Shown piece by piece: positions 49,769 through 63,693 of a DNA stretch of 64,000 nt. The notes below the pieces were generated by a model. The model did no database searches. It was not told the origin of the DNA and saw only the letters and a program-made list of their open reading frames with translations. The translations under genes were made by a program, and so were the position numbers. This stretch comes from Callorhinchus milii (taxonomy: Eukaryota): the NCBI RefSeq assembly GCF_018977255.1, contig NW_024704743.1:107510001-107574000 (forward strand). The letters are read 5' to 3'. Every line of letters begins with the position of its first letter. The stretch's first letter is position 1.

Positions 49769-52700
49769 TTTTAACTACTTTTGCAATCAAATAATTAAAG
49801 TGTTACTTCGAGGATTTCACCATATTTCTATAGGTCACGGCTGCAGAAAGTACAGTACAACTGTCCCTCATTGTGAGAACCAGTTACTCAGGCTGATTTG
49901 TGGCTTTTGGCTTACAACTAGTTACAAATACAGATATTTGAAATGTTAAATGTTATGTGGATCTATGTGAAGCACTTTGAGACATCATCTGGACATAAAA
50001 TAATAACAAGATTACAGTTGTACACTATTCCAGATGCAATTTTTTTTAAATTTAAATTTAAAATTCCATGGCACACAGATCGGATGGACACAAACCCGTA
50101 ACCTTGTATGTGTGTAAGATGTGCCTGACAACAAAGAAAAATGGTTGCAAAAAAAAAAGAACCACTACAACTTCTTTTGCGTAAAAATAACTGCTTTGCA
50201 TGTCATTAGTTGATCTTGTGTGAAGAGGAAATTCTGGCCCTGTGTGTGGTTTATATACAACTGGAGTATGTACCCATGTAAATGGGATACAACATAATGG
50301 GACTTGTACATAATGCCAATATACCATATCAGGTGTAATTACTGTACTTAATTCCTACTTCTTTTATTTGAGATCTTAAAAATTCCAGCCCGATGTAAAT
50401 GGTGTGCCTACAATGTACCCATGGAAACTGGATACAACATATGTAATTGTGTTTGTGCACAGCACCAATATACTGTATCAGGTCACACAAAACTTGACAA
50501 CTGTGTTTGCAACTATTTTGCTTCTACTTGCTTTATTCAAGCGCTTTTAGTTTTGTTTTTATTTTTATTTCTAATACACAGTCAATCCACTTTACAAGAT
50601 AGTCTGTGAAGCGCTTTGAAACGTCTCAACAATGGAATATCAAATGCAAGAATTATTATTATTGTTATTCTTAAAAGTATACATATTTTCAGAAATGTAC
50701 TTACAGAATGATACATAAATTAACATCTTCTCAGTATATTAATAGTACATGGATAGCTTTTTTCAAAGAGCTGGCACAGACACGATGGGCTGAATGGCTT
50801 CCTTCAGGTGCTGTATAATTCTATGATGATTCTATGATGAGTACATGGTATTTTAATCCTGGATTTAGGCTATGTCCTCCACTGCCCAGACAGATGATCA
50901 AATGCTATTGCTTTTTGGGCAGCATCATATGTATTTGGGACTTCGTCATCTATGTCACGCGATGATTACACATATTTGGCGTACGTTACAGAAGCTTCAA
51001 ATCATACTAAAGTAAGTTTATTTAGAAAATACAACAATTAAGAAGACAGTCAGAAGCAAAGCAAAAACTGCACACCAGGAAAATGAAAACTGTTAGCTAA
51101 ACTTTACAAATGAAAGTCCAATTTGAGTGTACAATTCTTCAAGAATTTGATTTCACAACTAGCTCAGTTACAGTAATACCCCAATTTACCGGGCTCATAA
51201 ACCCCAAGAAATACTTGCTTTACCCCGAAAAAGACCAAAAGACTGATGAATATTATTCAACCTCTGGTATTTTAAAAGTGCTCCTTTAATATTGGTCACA
51301 TTTATGCTTCAAAGTTCTCTTATATTTTGTAATCATTCTTGATCAGCAAGCTCGTTTCAAAGTCCTATTGTATGTAAAACCATCCTTTGATGACTTTCTG
51401 GTGACCAGTGTTTAAACAATGTTCATGTACAGTTGGTTGCTTCCTGGAGTATGTTGAAGATCACATCTAAGCAGATTGCTTACAGTGCAAGACTTCTCAT
51501 TAACCCTTTGCAGTCCATCCAGCAAAAAAAAACTCTTATTGTGACAACTCCTGTGTTAATCTATTCTGTTAGAACAATGTTGTCCAATAGAAATTGCTGA
51601 CTAGCCACAGGTGTGGCTACCGTGACACCATTTTTGCCATATGCATTAATTTTAGTGGAAAATGCCTTACATACATTCACACAATACAGGTTAATGTACG
51701 TCACATGTATATTTACATGCATATTACTTAGCAAACATCCCCATTCAGTGCAAAACTTTGTAGTCTTTATTTTTCTTTCACTAGACCAGCACCTGCTCTC
51801 TATCCAGAATGTGGTTGGATGCTGTTTGCCCTTTGCCATGACGTGCCCTGTTATTTGGCTGGGCTTACTTTCTTCTGCTGACCTGGAGCCACTATTCCAA
51901 TTGGTTAATCTGACCATGATTGACAACTCCCCTCTCCATATAATATTGCTAGTATTTCCATGGTGCTGAAATCCAGCATTTTCACCTGTGTTACACACCA
52001 TTTCTGCAAATAACCAAAAAGCAGTAATCAAGGAAGTCAAGCACACACAATGATCAAAAAACACTCTCACACGTTGCTTTTCATCTTACCATTTTACCAA
52101 CAAACACACAAAAATGGTCAAAGACATGCATATGCCATGCGAATATGACTATTGAGATCACATGCCCTACGAGGGTGTCTAGGACTAATTTGTTTTATTT
52201 CCAAATCAAAAATGTAATTTTGCCACATCTGGATTCCCAATTTTCCACATGTGGCGAGTGGCTAACGTATTGCACAAGCCCATGTTAGAATGATCTTGTT
52301 CCTCCTGAAATATAGGAGCTTTTTTTCCTGCTGCAATGGACTTTAAGTTCAAAGACACAGTGTGCTTCACACAGATAATAATTTTGGATGTATATGAAAG
52401 TGAACTCTGGAGGTGTAAGAAAGTGCCCTCATGTATTTTATTGAACCAGGCAAGAGTGCATGACAGTGCAACCCTTAGACGAAAGGTTTGTGAATGAAGG
52501 CAATGCAAATGTTTCTCATGCTCATTGATCTTAGTTCCACCTCAACTGCTCTCTCTATCAGATTGCAGTACAGGTAATTGTAAGTTCCTATACGCTCAAA
52601 TTAAATCAACTGCCTTCTTAATGTTACACAGTATTATATTTTTACTACTTTAAAATCTAAACATCAGTCATATTTTTATCTGATGAATATGCATTCTAAC

Positions 52701-53249
52701 GACAAATTATGTACCTAATGATAAATAGGCAATTAATGACTGTTCTGAGGTAATAAGTAGTAACCAAGGAAGTAAAGCACATACAACAATTAAAAAACAT
52801 GTGCACAAGCTGCCTTATGTTTCTCTTGTACACAATTTTGGATGTTTTGCATTAGAACGATGAGTCACAGGGATAGAGATTAGTCTCTGTCATCGACAAA
52901 GTAGCTTTACATAAAGATAGCACAGCCAAGAAAAATACCCATACAGATAGTTAGGTGGGTTTTTAATGGAACTATCAGTTAGTTCTCCTCAAAGGAACTA
53001 CACAAACATGTGTCATGCTTACAGAGTAACACAAATCTAAAGGTAATGATGCTTACTTCCTGCACATTTATAAAATTAACATACTAACATATCATGAAGT
53101 TGGGGTTTTATTGAACAATGTTTGTTTGTTTCTTATATTGCTGAAGGTAGTCTGAGAAGGTGACAGACATAGTAACATATCTTGAGCAAAGCAATAATAA
53201 TGTATAGAATTACTCTAGATACTGGAGTCCCTCTTCTACTCCCTTCTTA

Positions 53250-53590
53250 TTGCGCCTTATCACCTCTTCGAGACGTCTCAAAGTGCTTCACAGTATATAC
53301 TTTAAAGTGAATTGACTGTATATTTTGTGGGCGAAATGCAGCAGCCAATTGCACACAGCAGTATCCCACAAACAGTCGTGGATTGAGTGACTACATATAT
53401 TTTTTAAATATTTCTTTTTTGAAGTGATTATTACCCCCCAGAAAAGCAATCCACTGATCGACTAACAACCGGGTTCCTACTTACTGCTAGGTAAACAGAG
53501 AGGTGTGGAGTAAGGAAACTTGCCTAACATTTCACCCTGCTCAGGAATTAAACCCAAGTCCTTTTACTTGTAAGGTGAGTGATCTCACGA
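53250..53590 (-). mobile_element. tRNA-derived SINE, long subtype
   Basis: Same diagnostic central segment; head diverged. Confidence 0.85.
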
Positions 53591-55778
53591 ACCAATACAG
53601 GGCTTGCGTAGTCAAGGGACTTCAACTGGCAAATCTATAATCACAATATGGAATGCTTTGCCAAAATTAATGAGGCTGAAAGGACAAAAACAATTAAAAG
53701 GGAATTGTACAAATAAAATCAGAGGAAAGAAATAAAACAATACAAAGAAAGAGCATTGGAACTGGGATTAGCCATTGTTTGTGGGTGGGAGGATTATTCA
53801 ATAAAATCAATATATAGGCTGTGAATCGTGAGGCACACCTCTCTCCAAAATTTCTAACAAGTCTGTGCCATCAATATATTCACAATCCATTTTTAATTGA
53901 GTAAAAAACAAATATTTTACACTTTGTCTTGTAATTTAATCAATGAACTTCTGGTCACTCCAATCAAATGTGAAAACTGTCTGCATTGTGCGTTACTAGA
54001 GAGCAAACGTTTAACCCCAATTTCAGGCTCATTCCTTGTACTGTTTTATTTCTTTCCTTTACATATATTTGTACAATTCCTTTTAATTGTTTTTGTCATC
54101 TCAGGTTCAACAACCACTTTGGCAAAGCATTCCATGTTCTAGTTACAAATTTGCCAGTTTAAGTGCCTTTATTACTGTTAACAATACGTTTGGAAACCAT
54201 TATTCACTGATTGTGCTTCTTGATACAAAATTGCAACTTGCAACTGGTTTTAAATGAGTGAAATGTCATTTGCACCAAAACTCAACTTTTTCCTGTTGTC
54301 TCTGTTCACATGTGAATTTTATTAATAGAGGAAATCACCCGCTCTGTATAAAACCTATAGTGGAATGAATGGATACTGTATCATTAACATTCCAAGAAAT
54401 GCTGTTAAATAGACCTTTCCACTGCCAGAAGATGAACAATAAAATTGCAATCCCATTTAGCATATATGTGACATATGTGGAATTTCAGACCAGTGCAGTA
54501 AGAAGTCCAATGTATGTGCCCCAACTCACCAAATGTGCATAACACCACATTGGGTGTTTTCTGATATTATTAAAGAGACAGTTAATAATTAACTATTTAA
54601 TAACATTAAAAAATTATCCATTTGAAGTTTTCAATGCACCACAAGGGAGCATAACCAGGCTTTACACCCCCATTAATGTTTCATGTTGAGAACACATTGT
54701 TCCCAAATCATGGTGATTTACTGCCAAACATGCAGGGCAAATGCAGCATAATCATCTGGCTGCACATGCTACATGTGTAAGACCCAACACACAGCACCTC
54801 TTCAATAGGATATTCAGGAAGAGTACATCAGTAGCATCGTGTATCCAAGTAAAACATATCAAATATATTAGTATTATCTAGATATATAAGATTTCCTTGG
54901 CAAATGTACCCCCAAACTTGCCTTAACTTCAGCATTGTCTCTTATGCTATTTTGTGTTGTTGACCCTCAGCAAGAGTACCTATGGGGATCTAGGTAACCC
55001 TATCCATGTTGCCTTGACAAAAGAATCATAGAACATTTGCAGCACAGAAAGAGGATATCCAGCCCTTTGTGCATATTGATTGTACTGTACCTCCCCAGTC
55101 CCCTGCCTTCTCCACCCCCCACCCCCCATTCTCTTTAATATTAATCTTCCTCAAGGATTAATCCATGCATATGTATAGATTTCTTGAGAGGGGACAAAAA
55201 ATGTTAGCAAATGTATTACAAATATAAAATTCAACAGTCTATATTGCTTACTTTGTCTGTAGAGATACCTCTAAACCCTCCAATGTGGAGGTTTGTAACC
55301 TACTCTGTACCATTTTAGCAACATTGTGCATTGCTAACAGATACAACTTGTGATGTGAATGTTCCCTTTCAGAGAGAATATTCTGTATCTTTTGACTTAG
55401 ACAACAAAAAAATGATAGATTCATAATCTGTTTTCTATTGTGCTGAGGACAAGGAACTGGTATCTGAGGAGTCAGAAATATGTTTAAATTATTATATCTA
55501 TTAATATGCCATTGATCATTTTAAGGAGGTCAGCAAATAAAACCTTGAAACTTTGTGAAGTTGTTTGTTTCCTCTGTACTGTATGTATGCCAATATATAC
55601 CAGTATAATAGAACACAACAACAACAAAATCACATTTGTATAACGCCTTTCGCATCAGGAGGACTTCCCATGGCGCTGGAAAATCAGTGTTTCGGACCCA
55701 AGCTGGGGGGTGGGATCGGGGATGGTGGAGGGCAGGTGGGGAAGGAGGTTGACCGAACCCACAGTTGAAGAGGAGGGT

Positions 55779-57675
55779 CGGTCGACCACTCCATCCTCAT
55801 ACACCGCCTCTCTGTTTTACTCAATCTTCATGGATCTGCCCTTGCCTGGTTCGATTCCTATCTCTCTCACCATCTCCACTTTGTTGTCTCTAACGGTTTC
55901 TCCTCCAGTGTCACACCTGGCGTCCCCCAGGGCTCTGTCCTTGGCACTCTCCACTTTAATATCTACATGTTTGCGGATGATGCCTTGGTGACATCATCCG
56001 CAAACATGGGGTCAACTTCCACATGTATGCGGATGACACCCAACTCCATCTTTCTGCCTCCACCCTCAACTCCAGGACCACTGCTGTACTGACAGACTGA
56101 CGTTGGACATCAAGTCCTGGATGAGGGCAAACTTCCTACAGTTGAATGTGAACAAGACTGAGGCCATCCTGATTGGCTCACGCCAGCGCCTCAGCACCAC
56201 AGGCTCCGGCAACATCAACATCATGGTTGCTCACTACAACTCACCAAGCCAGTCAGGAGCTAGGTGTTTTGTTCAACAACAACAACAAGATTCCATTGAT
56301 AGAGCGCCTTTCACGTCGGGAGAACGTCCCAAGGTACTGTACAGTTGGGTCAGGACCCGAGCAGGGGGAAATGGTCAGGGTGAGGGGAGGGAAGGGAGGG
56401 AGCGAGGAGGGGGTGGAGAATCGAGAGGGGAGCTGAAGGCACGGTCAAAGAGAAAGGTCTTGAGACCGGCTTTGAAGGAGGAAAGGGAGGAGGCGGCGAA
56501 GGCACTGGGGGAAAGAGTTCCAGAGCCTCGGGGCTGAGAGGCTGAAGGCCTCTCAGCCCCGAGAGGGTGGTTGGGGCGGGGGATGTGGAGCAGACCGGAG
56601 CCAGAGGAACGGAGGGTACGGGCGGGTAGGTAGGGGGATAGTAGGTCAGAGAGGTAGGAGGGAGCAAGGCCGTGAATAGCATTGTAGGTGAGGATGAGGA
56701 TCTTGAATTCGATCCTCTGAGGGATGGGGAGCCAGTGGAGGCGAGCGAGGGTGGGAGTGATGTGGTCCCGAAGCCTGGTGCGGGACAGTACATGAGCTGC
56801 AGAGTTCTGAATGACCTGCAGCTTGTGGAGGGAGGTGCCGGGAAGGCCGGCGAGGAGAGCGTTCCCATAGTCCAGCCTTGAGGTGATAAAGGCGTGGACC
56901 AGAGTTTCAGCAGTGTGAGGGGTGAGGTAGTGCCGTAGTCTGGCGACATTCCGGATGTTCAACCCTCAACTGCCTTTTCTGCCCCACATCCAAGCCATGA
57001 CCCACTCTGCCTTCCCTCATCTCCGTAACATTGCCCGACTCCGCCACTACCTCACCCCTCAGGCCGCTGAAACTCTTGTTCATGCCTTCATCACTCCAGG
57101 CTCCACTATGCAAACGCCCTGGTTGTTGGCCTTCCCAACTCCTCCCTCCACAGGCTGCAGATAATCCAGGACTCTGCAGCCCGTGTCCTCTCCCGCACCA
57201 AACTCCGTGACCCCATCTTCCCCACTTTCACCCGACTGCACTGGCTCTCTATCCTTCAGAGGATCCAGTTCAAGATCCTGGTCCTCACATACAAAGCCCT
57301 CCATGGTCTCACCCCACTCTATCTCTGTGACCTCCTAACCCCCTACCAACCCGCCCGTTCCCTCCGCTCAGCCGGCTCCGGCCTGCTCCACGTCCCCCGA
57401 CCCACCTGCCCCACCATTGGCGGGAGAGCCTTCAGCCACTCTGCCCCCAACCTCTGGAATTCCATCACCCAGTCACTCCGCCTCGTCCCCTCCTTAGCCT
57501 CCTTCAAGTTCCGCCTCAAGACCCTCCTCTTCAACCATGCCATCGGTCACCCCCCTTCCCCTCCCCTCCCTTGTCCTCCCAACCCCAGCTCGTGTCTGAA
57601 ATGCTGTACTCTGTCCAGCGCCTTGGGAAGTCCTCCTGACATGAATGGCGCTATACAAATGTAATCTTGTTGTTA
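55779..57675 (+). mobile_element. Degenerate L2 LINE with RT core, split by a younger antisense L2
   Basis: GVPQGSVLG at 55919-55945 and YADD at 56026-56037, then WMRANFLQLNVNKTEAILIG. Resumes at 56956 with the ORF2 C-terminus and tail; frameshifted. Confidence 0.9.
56272..56955 (-). mobile_element. Young 5'-truncated L2 nested in the older L2
   Basis: Open 195-aa ORF2 C-terminal frame, (CAA)n tail, and TGTTCAAC duplicated at 56270-56277 and 56956-56963. Confidence 0.93.
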
Positions 57676-57939
57676 TTGTCTTGAGACGGATCTTGAAGCA
57701 GGCAAGGGAGGGGGCAAGGTGGAGGGACCTCAGGATGGAGTTCCGGAAGGTGGGGGTAGAGTGCTGAAAGCCCGCCACCAATGATGGGGCAGGCGAGGCG
57801 GGGAACATAAAGCAGGCTGGACCCCACTGAGCTGAGTGGAGGGCTTTGAAGATTGCCCTCTGATAGACTAAAAATTATCTTTAACCATCAAACTACAATA
57901 ATTATGTATTGAGTTGTTCATAGAGCAACTGTAAAAAAA

Positions 57940-58215
57940 GATCCTTACACTTGATGTTGTGCCTTACATGTCCAATGGATACTTCAAAGCACATCACAGG
58001 TTTTATTGTAAAGTGTAGTGATTGTATGCAAACACAGCACCGTTTTGCAATGTCCCACAAAGAGTTATGATGTGAATAACCAATTTTTCTGGAGGACTGT
58101 TGGCCAGGACACTGTGAGAAACTCGCTTCTCTTTTTTCAAATAGTGCCATGGGACCTTTAAATTTCCCCTAAACAAGCAAATGGGACCTTGATTTAAATC
58201 TTATCTGAAGGACAA
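57940..58215 (-). mobile_element. Deu-domain SINE fragment
   Basis: ttggccaggacactg...aatagtgccatgggacctttaa. Confidence 0.68.
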
Positions 58216-58744
58216 ATACTTTTAATGTCATTTTTATCCTGTTACTGGATACTGAGATACCATCAGATCATTTGTCTGCATGAGATAACTCATCCAGAAC
58301 ATGGTGAGGACTACGAAAGATGTCCTCTGTAATAACATTTGTGGTGAAGCACAAAGTGAAACCCAAAAAAAATCCATTTTCATATTTTAATTCATCACAA
58401 AATAAGCTGCAAAATAATTTGTTTATTTGACCTTTAAAACTAATAATAATTATATTAATAATAATACAATAACAATCCCTCAAGAAAAAAAATAATAAAT
58501 TATTATAATAATAAGTGTTCCCAGCGACTTCTGTTTTTGTGTCAGATTTCCAGCATCTGCAGTATTTTGTGTTTTTTTTCTTTATTTCTTTTGTTTGAAC
58601 TATGATTGAAAGAGACAAGCAGACTGTGGATTAAGTGGATTAAAGTTTTATTGATCCAGAAATTGGAAATCTCAACAACTCTGATGGCACGTACACTAAG
58701 ACAAGCAAAAAAAAATTGTTGTACACTATAATAATATAATCCGG

Positions 58745-59012
58745 TAGATGTCTCAAAGCGCTTCACAGAATATATTGTAAAATGAACTTACTGCATATTT
58801 GTGGGCAAGATGCGGCAGCGAATTGCGCACAGCACTGCGCCACAAACAGTCGTGAATTAAAGTGACCAATTTATTATTGATTTTTTTCTTGAGGGATTAT
58901 TATCAGGCTTGTGGAGTAAGGAAACTTGCCCATGGTTTCGCCCTGCCAGGTATCAAATCCACATCTCACACTTGTGAGGGGAGTGCTCTAACCACTGAGT
59001 TACAGGACTCCA
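58745..59012 (-). mobile_element. tRNA-derived SINE, short subtype
   Basis: Head ends at ...gttacaggactcc; body matches the family. Confidence 0.87.
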
Positions 59013-60074
59013 CTATCACATGGTAAGAGGTACAAACCCTGATCTATACTATATATGGGTAGTGCCATCTGGCCAAGCCCATTTTCCAAAGTTGGTGGGT
59101 GGAATTCATTTGTTTCATGGCAACTACCAAGCAAATCATTGTGTTGATCTTCATCAAACCTTGGCATCAGTCCTTTTCCACTCAACGCCTGTCTTTTGTC
59201 TTCCAATGGCTTCCGCTTAGCTTAAAAGATAACTCCCTACAAGGAGTACAAGATCCTGCTTGTAAATGTCCTGTCTAGAAAATTGTATGCAAATATATTT
59301 GCATGAGGAATGTTCCATTCTCAGCGCTATTATTTCAGCATTTCTTACAGCTTAGCTAGAGGCTCAATATGAATTCATCATGAATAGAACATAGTTCAAC
59401 CAGTTCAAATGTATGTTAAAGTAGGTGTAGAGCCTGGTTTGTACCATGTAAGGTGTAAAGCCTTTGGGAAGAACCACTCCCCAAAGTTGTTTAGCGGAAT
59501 TTATGCGTCTGATGGCACTAATCTCATGCTTTAATTTTGCTCACCGAGTCTTTACTTATCCCCTTCATTGTCTGGATCCATCAATGTCTGGATCCTCACT
59601 GATTGAAGCATTATTGCATCTCTCATAACTGTAACCAAGTGGCCATTAGGATTGTTACCATTCACTGCCCTTTCAGAATGAAGGCCCCATTTTATAATCA
59701 GGGTCTTCAGGAGAACCCGTTGATCCTAAATTATGATAACAGCCAGTTAGATATATCTCTCTCCCCCCAAATCTGTCATCTGTCAACATTTTCTAAACCA
59801 GTCCTTCAGAGTATAGTTGCCATTGCATTTATACACAATGCTAGTATTGTGATAACTCTCACTCCAAAGCCCGGGCTTGTTAGTAAATTTCTTTATTCTG
59901 AACTCCGAGCACTCCATTAACCAGAACCACAGAAATTTGTCCCACTCCCAGTGTCCTTTTGTAGTTTCTGTCTTTATCTCATTGGCTATTTCTTAGTTGC
60001 TTTTTACTTCTTAAAGGGTTAACCGACAAGCATTTCCTGAGTCATATATTTCACCACTGCCATCTACTGATAGA

Positions 60075-60224
60075 TTTTTTAAAAAATAGAGGGATTAGGG
60101 GATATGGGGATAGGGCAGGTAATTAAAGTTAGGTCAGAAGATCAGCCATGATCTTATCGAATGGCAGGGCAGGCTCGAGGGGCCGAATGGCCTACTCCTG
60201 CTCCTAATTCTTATGTTCTTATGT
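60075..60224 (+). mobile_element. CR1 3' tail
   Basis: gatcagccatgatcttatcgaatggc...ggccgaatggcctactcctgctcctaattcttatgttcttatg. Confidence 0.75.
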
Positions 60225-60262
60225 AGAATTAAGGCACAGAAGGAATCCATTCAGCTCAACAT

Positions 60263-60600
60263 CGAGTCCTACAGCTCAGTGGTTAGCGTGCTTGCTAAGC
60301 AAGAGAACCCAGATTCAGGCGAACCCTTAGGTAAATTTCCTTACTCCACATGTCTTTATTTACCAAGCAATAAATAGGAACCTGGTTGTTAGACGATTGG
60401 TGGCTCGTTTTCCGCAGGTAATAATCCTTTCATAAAAAATAATAATAATTGTGTCACTCAATCCACAACTGGTTGTGGGACACTCCCGTGATTGGCTGCC
60501 ATGTTTTGCCCACAAATTATGCAGTCAATTTACTTTACAGTATATTCTGTGAAGCATTTGAGATGTCTCAACAACTTAATAAGGCCCTATATTAAATGCA
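60263..60600 (+). mobile_element. tRNA-derived SINE, long subtype, diverged
   Basis: gagtcctacagctcagtggttag head, long central segment, and tail. Confidence 0.8.
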
Positions 60601-60904
60601 GATGTGGAGCAGACCGGAGCCTGAGGAACGGAGGGTACGGGCAGGTAGGTAGGGGGATAGTAGGTCAGAGAGGTAGGAGGGAGCAAGGCCGTGAATGGCC
60701 TTGTAGGTGACGATGAGGATCTTGAATTCACATCAGCATTACTTGGATCTTTTCCTCCATCTAGTGGTTTAGCTTCTTTCTGCAATCTTGTCAGAGAAGA
60801 AGCCGCCAGTCTAACTTCATTTTTACTTTGGGAAAGAGTTGTTGAATATAACTGGAACAGGTTAAAGGGGCAAGATTAATGCATGGTCGCTTATTAACAC
60901 CTTT

Positions 60905-61095
60905 GATTTTGTTGTTGCTGTTGAAGACCCATGGGACGATGCAAAAAGAGAAGAGAGCTTCTCCCAGGATCCTGGACAACAATCACCCAAATAAAATTGG
61001 TGACTAACTTCATGGCTGTTTGTGAGACATTGCTTTGTGCAAATTATCTGTTGTATTTGCCTACAAATACATAGTCCAATACACTTCATAGTAAA
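60905..61095 (+). mobile_element. Deu-domain SINE fragment, interrupted by an L2
   Basis: gttgaagacccatgggac...cttctcccaggatcctggacaac...ggctgtttgtgagacattgc. Confidence 0.62.
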
Positions 61096-61808
61096 TCACC
61101 AAGCCAGTTAAGAACCTAGGTGTCTTATTCAACCCTCAACTGTCTTTTCTTCCCCACATCCAAGTCATGACCTGCTCTGCCTTCCCTCACCTCCGTAACA
61201 TTGCCCGACTCCGTCACCACCTCACCCCTCAGGCCGCTGAAACTCTTGTTCATGTCTTCATCACCTCGAGGCTCGACTGTGTAAACGCCCTGCTTGTGGG
61301 CTTTCCCAACTCCTCCCTCCACAGGCTGCAGATAATCCAGAACTCTGCAACCCGTGTCCTCTCCCGCACCAAACTCCGTGACTCCATCTCCCCCACTTTA
61401 GCCCGACTCCACTGGTTCCCTATGCTTCAAAGGATCCAGTTCAAGATCCCGGTCCTCCCCTATAAAGCCCTCCATGGACTCGCCCCACCCTACCTCTGCG
61501 ACTTCCTAACCCCCTACAAACCCGCCTGCTCCCTCCACTCAGCCGGCTCTGTCCTGCTCCACGTCCCCCGACCCACCCTCCCCACCTTCAGCTACTCTAC
61601 CCCCAACCTCTGGAATTCCATCCCCCAATCACTCCGCCTCGCCCCCTCCTTAGCCTCCTTCAAGTCCCGCCTCAAAACCCTCCTCTTCGACCGTGCCTCA
61701 GTCACACCCCTTCCCCTCCCTTCTCCCTCCCTGACCCCAGCTCGGGTCTGAAATGCTGTACACTGTCCAGTACCTTGGGACGTCCTCCTGATGTGAAAGG
61801 CGCTACAA
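61095..61808 (+). mobile_element. 5'-truncated L2 (same subfamily as 56956-57675)
   Basis: 194-aa ORF2 C-terminal translation (SRLDCVNALLVG...LARLHWFP) and tail. Confidence 0.92.
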
Positions 61809-62113
61809 TAAAAATAATCCTTGCATTTGATATAATGTTTTTCACATCTTTGACATCTCAAAGCACTTCACAGAATAGTGAATTGACCGTATATTTGTGA
61901 GCGAAACACGGCAGCCAATTGCACACAGCAGTGTCCCACAAACAGTTGTGGATTGAAAATGACCAATTCATTATTGTTTTTGTTTTTGGAGGGATTATTA
62001 TTAGGCTCTGTGTGGAATAAGGAAACTTGCCCAAGGTTTCGCCCTGCCTGGAATTGAACCCAGGTGTCTCGCTTACAAGGCGAGTGCTCTAACCACTGAG
62101 CTACAGGACTCCA
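61808..62113 (-). mobile_element. tRNA-derived SINE, short subtype, tail-to-tail with an L2
   Basis: Family match. Confidence 0.9.
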
Positions 62114-63693
62114 CTATACGAATGTAATCTTGTTGTTGTAAATCCTGTGAAGTGCTTTGAGACGTGCTCATGAAAGGCACTATATCAAATGGAAGGATTT
62201 TTATTAAATGATGATTTTTTAAAAATAATGCACTAAGCCAATCTGGAACTTCTCCCAAAATCCTTCTCTCCCTATTTCAAAATCCGCTTGAAAAACATAT
62301 CTCTTCAACTATGATTTATTCTTCTTCACAACAATGGGAAGGGATGGATGTTTTGAGAAGAGCTTTGAGACATTTAACTTATGTGAAAGGCACTATATAC
62401 AGCAAGTATAATTTGTTATATCCAAGTACAATCCCTAAAAAAAATTGGTCATTCAATCCACGACTGTTTGTGAGACACTGCTGTGCGCAATTGGCTGTCG
62501 TGTTTCACCCACAAAATACACTGTCAATTCACTTTACAATATATTCTGTGAAGCACATTGAGAGTCTCAACAACGTGATAAGGCGCTATTTCAAACGAAA
62601 GGTGTGTTATGATAATACAGTCTTTTTCTGCGCACTAGTCAGATGCAAAGGGTTTCAGCAGCCTTGAAATCAACTGACAAATCTTCACAAAAGTGCAGTG
62701 GAAGCTTTATGAAGAAGATGCTTTTACTAATTTGCAATGTTATGCACAAGAGTCATTTAAGTATTGAATAGCAATTTGCAGCAAAATAATATCATGGATC
62801 ATTTTTATTTTATCACAGGTAATTGAAAAATAACTCTGTAACAATTTATTAAAATTGCTACTATATATTATACTATATGTATAAGGGCCTTACACAGAGG
62901 ATAATTTTTATCATAAAAACATGAGTTGAATGATCAATTTAGCCAGAGGGTTGTTGGCCAGGACACCAGGAAAAAATTACATCACAGCATCTTTCACGTC
63001 TGCCTGACAAACAGATAAGACAGAATCTTGGTTTAACATCTCATTTGAAAAACAACATTGCAATCCTCTGGTACTGCACTGGAATGTCATTCTGGAGTTT
63101 TCATCAGATAAACAAATCAAAGCAGATAATGAAATTGATAATATCATTTAGTAGATTGATTTGGAGGATATTTAATACATTATTCATATTCCTGCTGGAG
63201 ATGGTCTGTAACTATTGTCAGAGGCTGATAGCTATCATACATCCGGTTTGCCTATTGCCACACTCTCTGTGAAGGTTGAAGGCATTAAAAAGTGTTTGTA
63301 CATCTGTAATTGATAGTCCAGTAACAGAACAAGCAGAGACATAACTTTTCCTAAGTGCTTGTTTTGCGTCGGAAGAGTGTCCTTCACGGTCTAAAATTAT
63401 TGTACAGCCTTCGCTTTCAGATAATATAAGTAGCAACAAATAGCTAAAATCTATTAAAAGGCTGAATAAATTTAACATTACATTATACAACGTGAAAGCA
63501 AAACCCTTTTAATTTATACAGTTATTTGAATATTTTGCCATTTCTTCACTTATTTTACAAGTTTCTTACACATATACACACACATTATGTATTATTTCTT
63601 GCAGTCTTTCCTTCCTTCCAGCACAATATTTAAATGTGCTACAGTTACTCTGAAGGTAAGGACCAGAATTTTACTACTGTGTCTTAATAACAT

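Noticed and set aside
51561..52070. Overlapping 169-aa (-) and 118-aa (+) ORFs
   Set aside because: No recognisable domain, non-ATG starts, and no convincing splice structure.
58263..58327. Exon-like minus-strand segment (ttacag|...EDIFRSPHHVLDELSHADK*) and small hairpins around GAAA resembling a hammerhead ribozyme
   Set aside because: No recognisable homology or partner exons. The CUGANGA core and three-stem topology are absent. Other CTGATGA hits I checked also lack a stem II followed by GAAA.
58515..58578. Short segment resembling a chondrichthyan Penelope-associated repeat end (aaatactgcagatgctggaaatctg on the minus strand)
   Set aside because: Only about 60 bp and recognised from memory; too little to classify.
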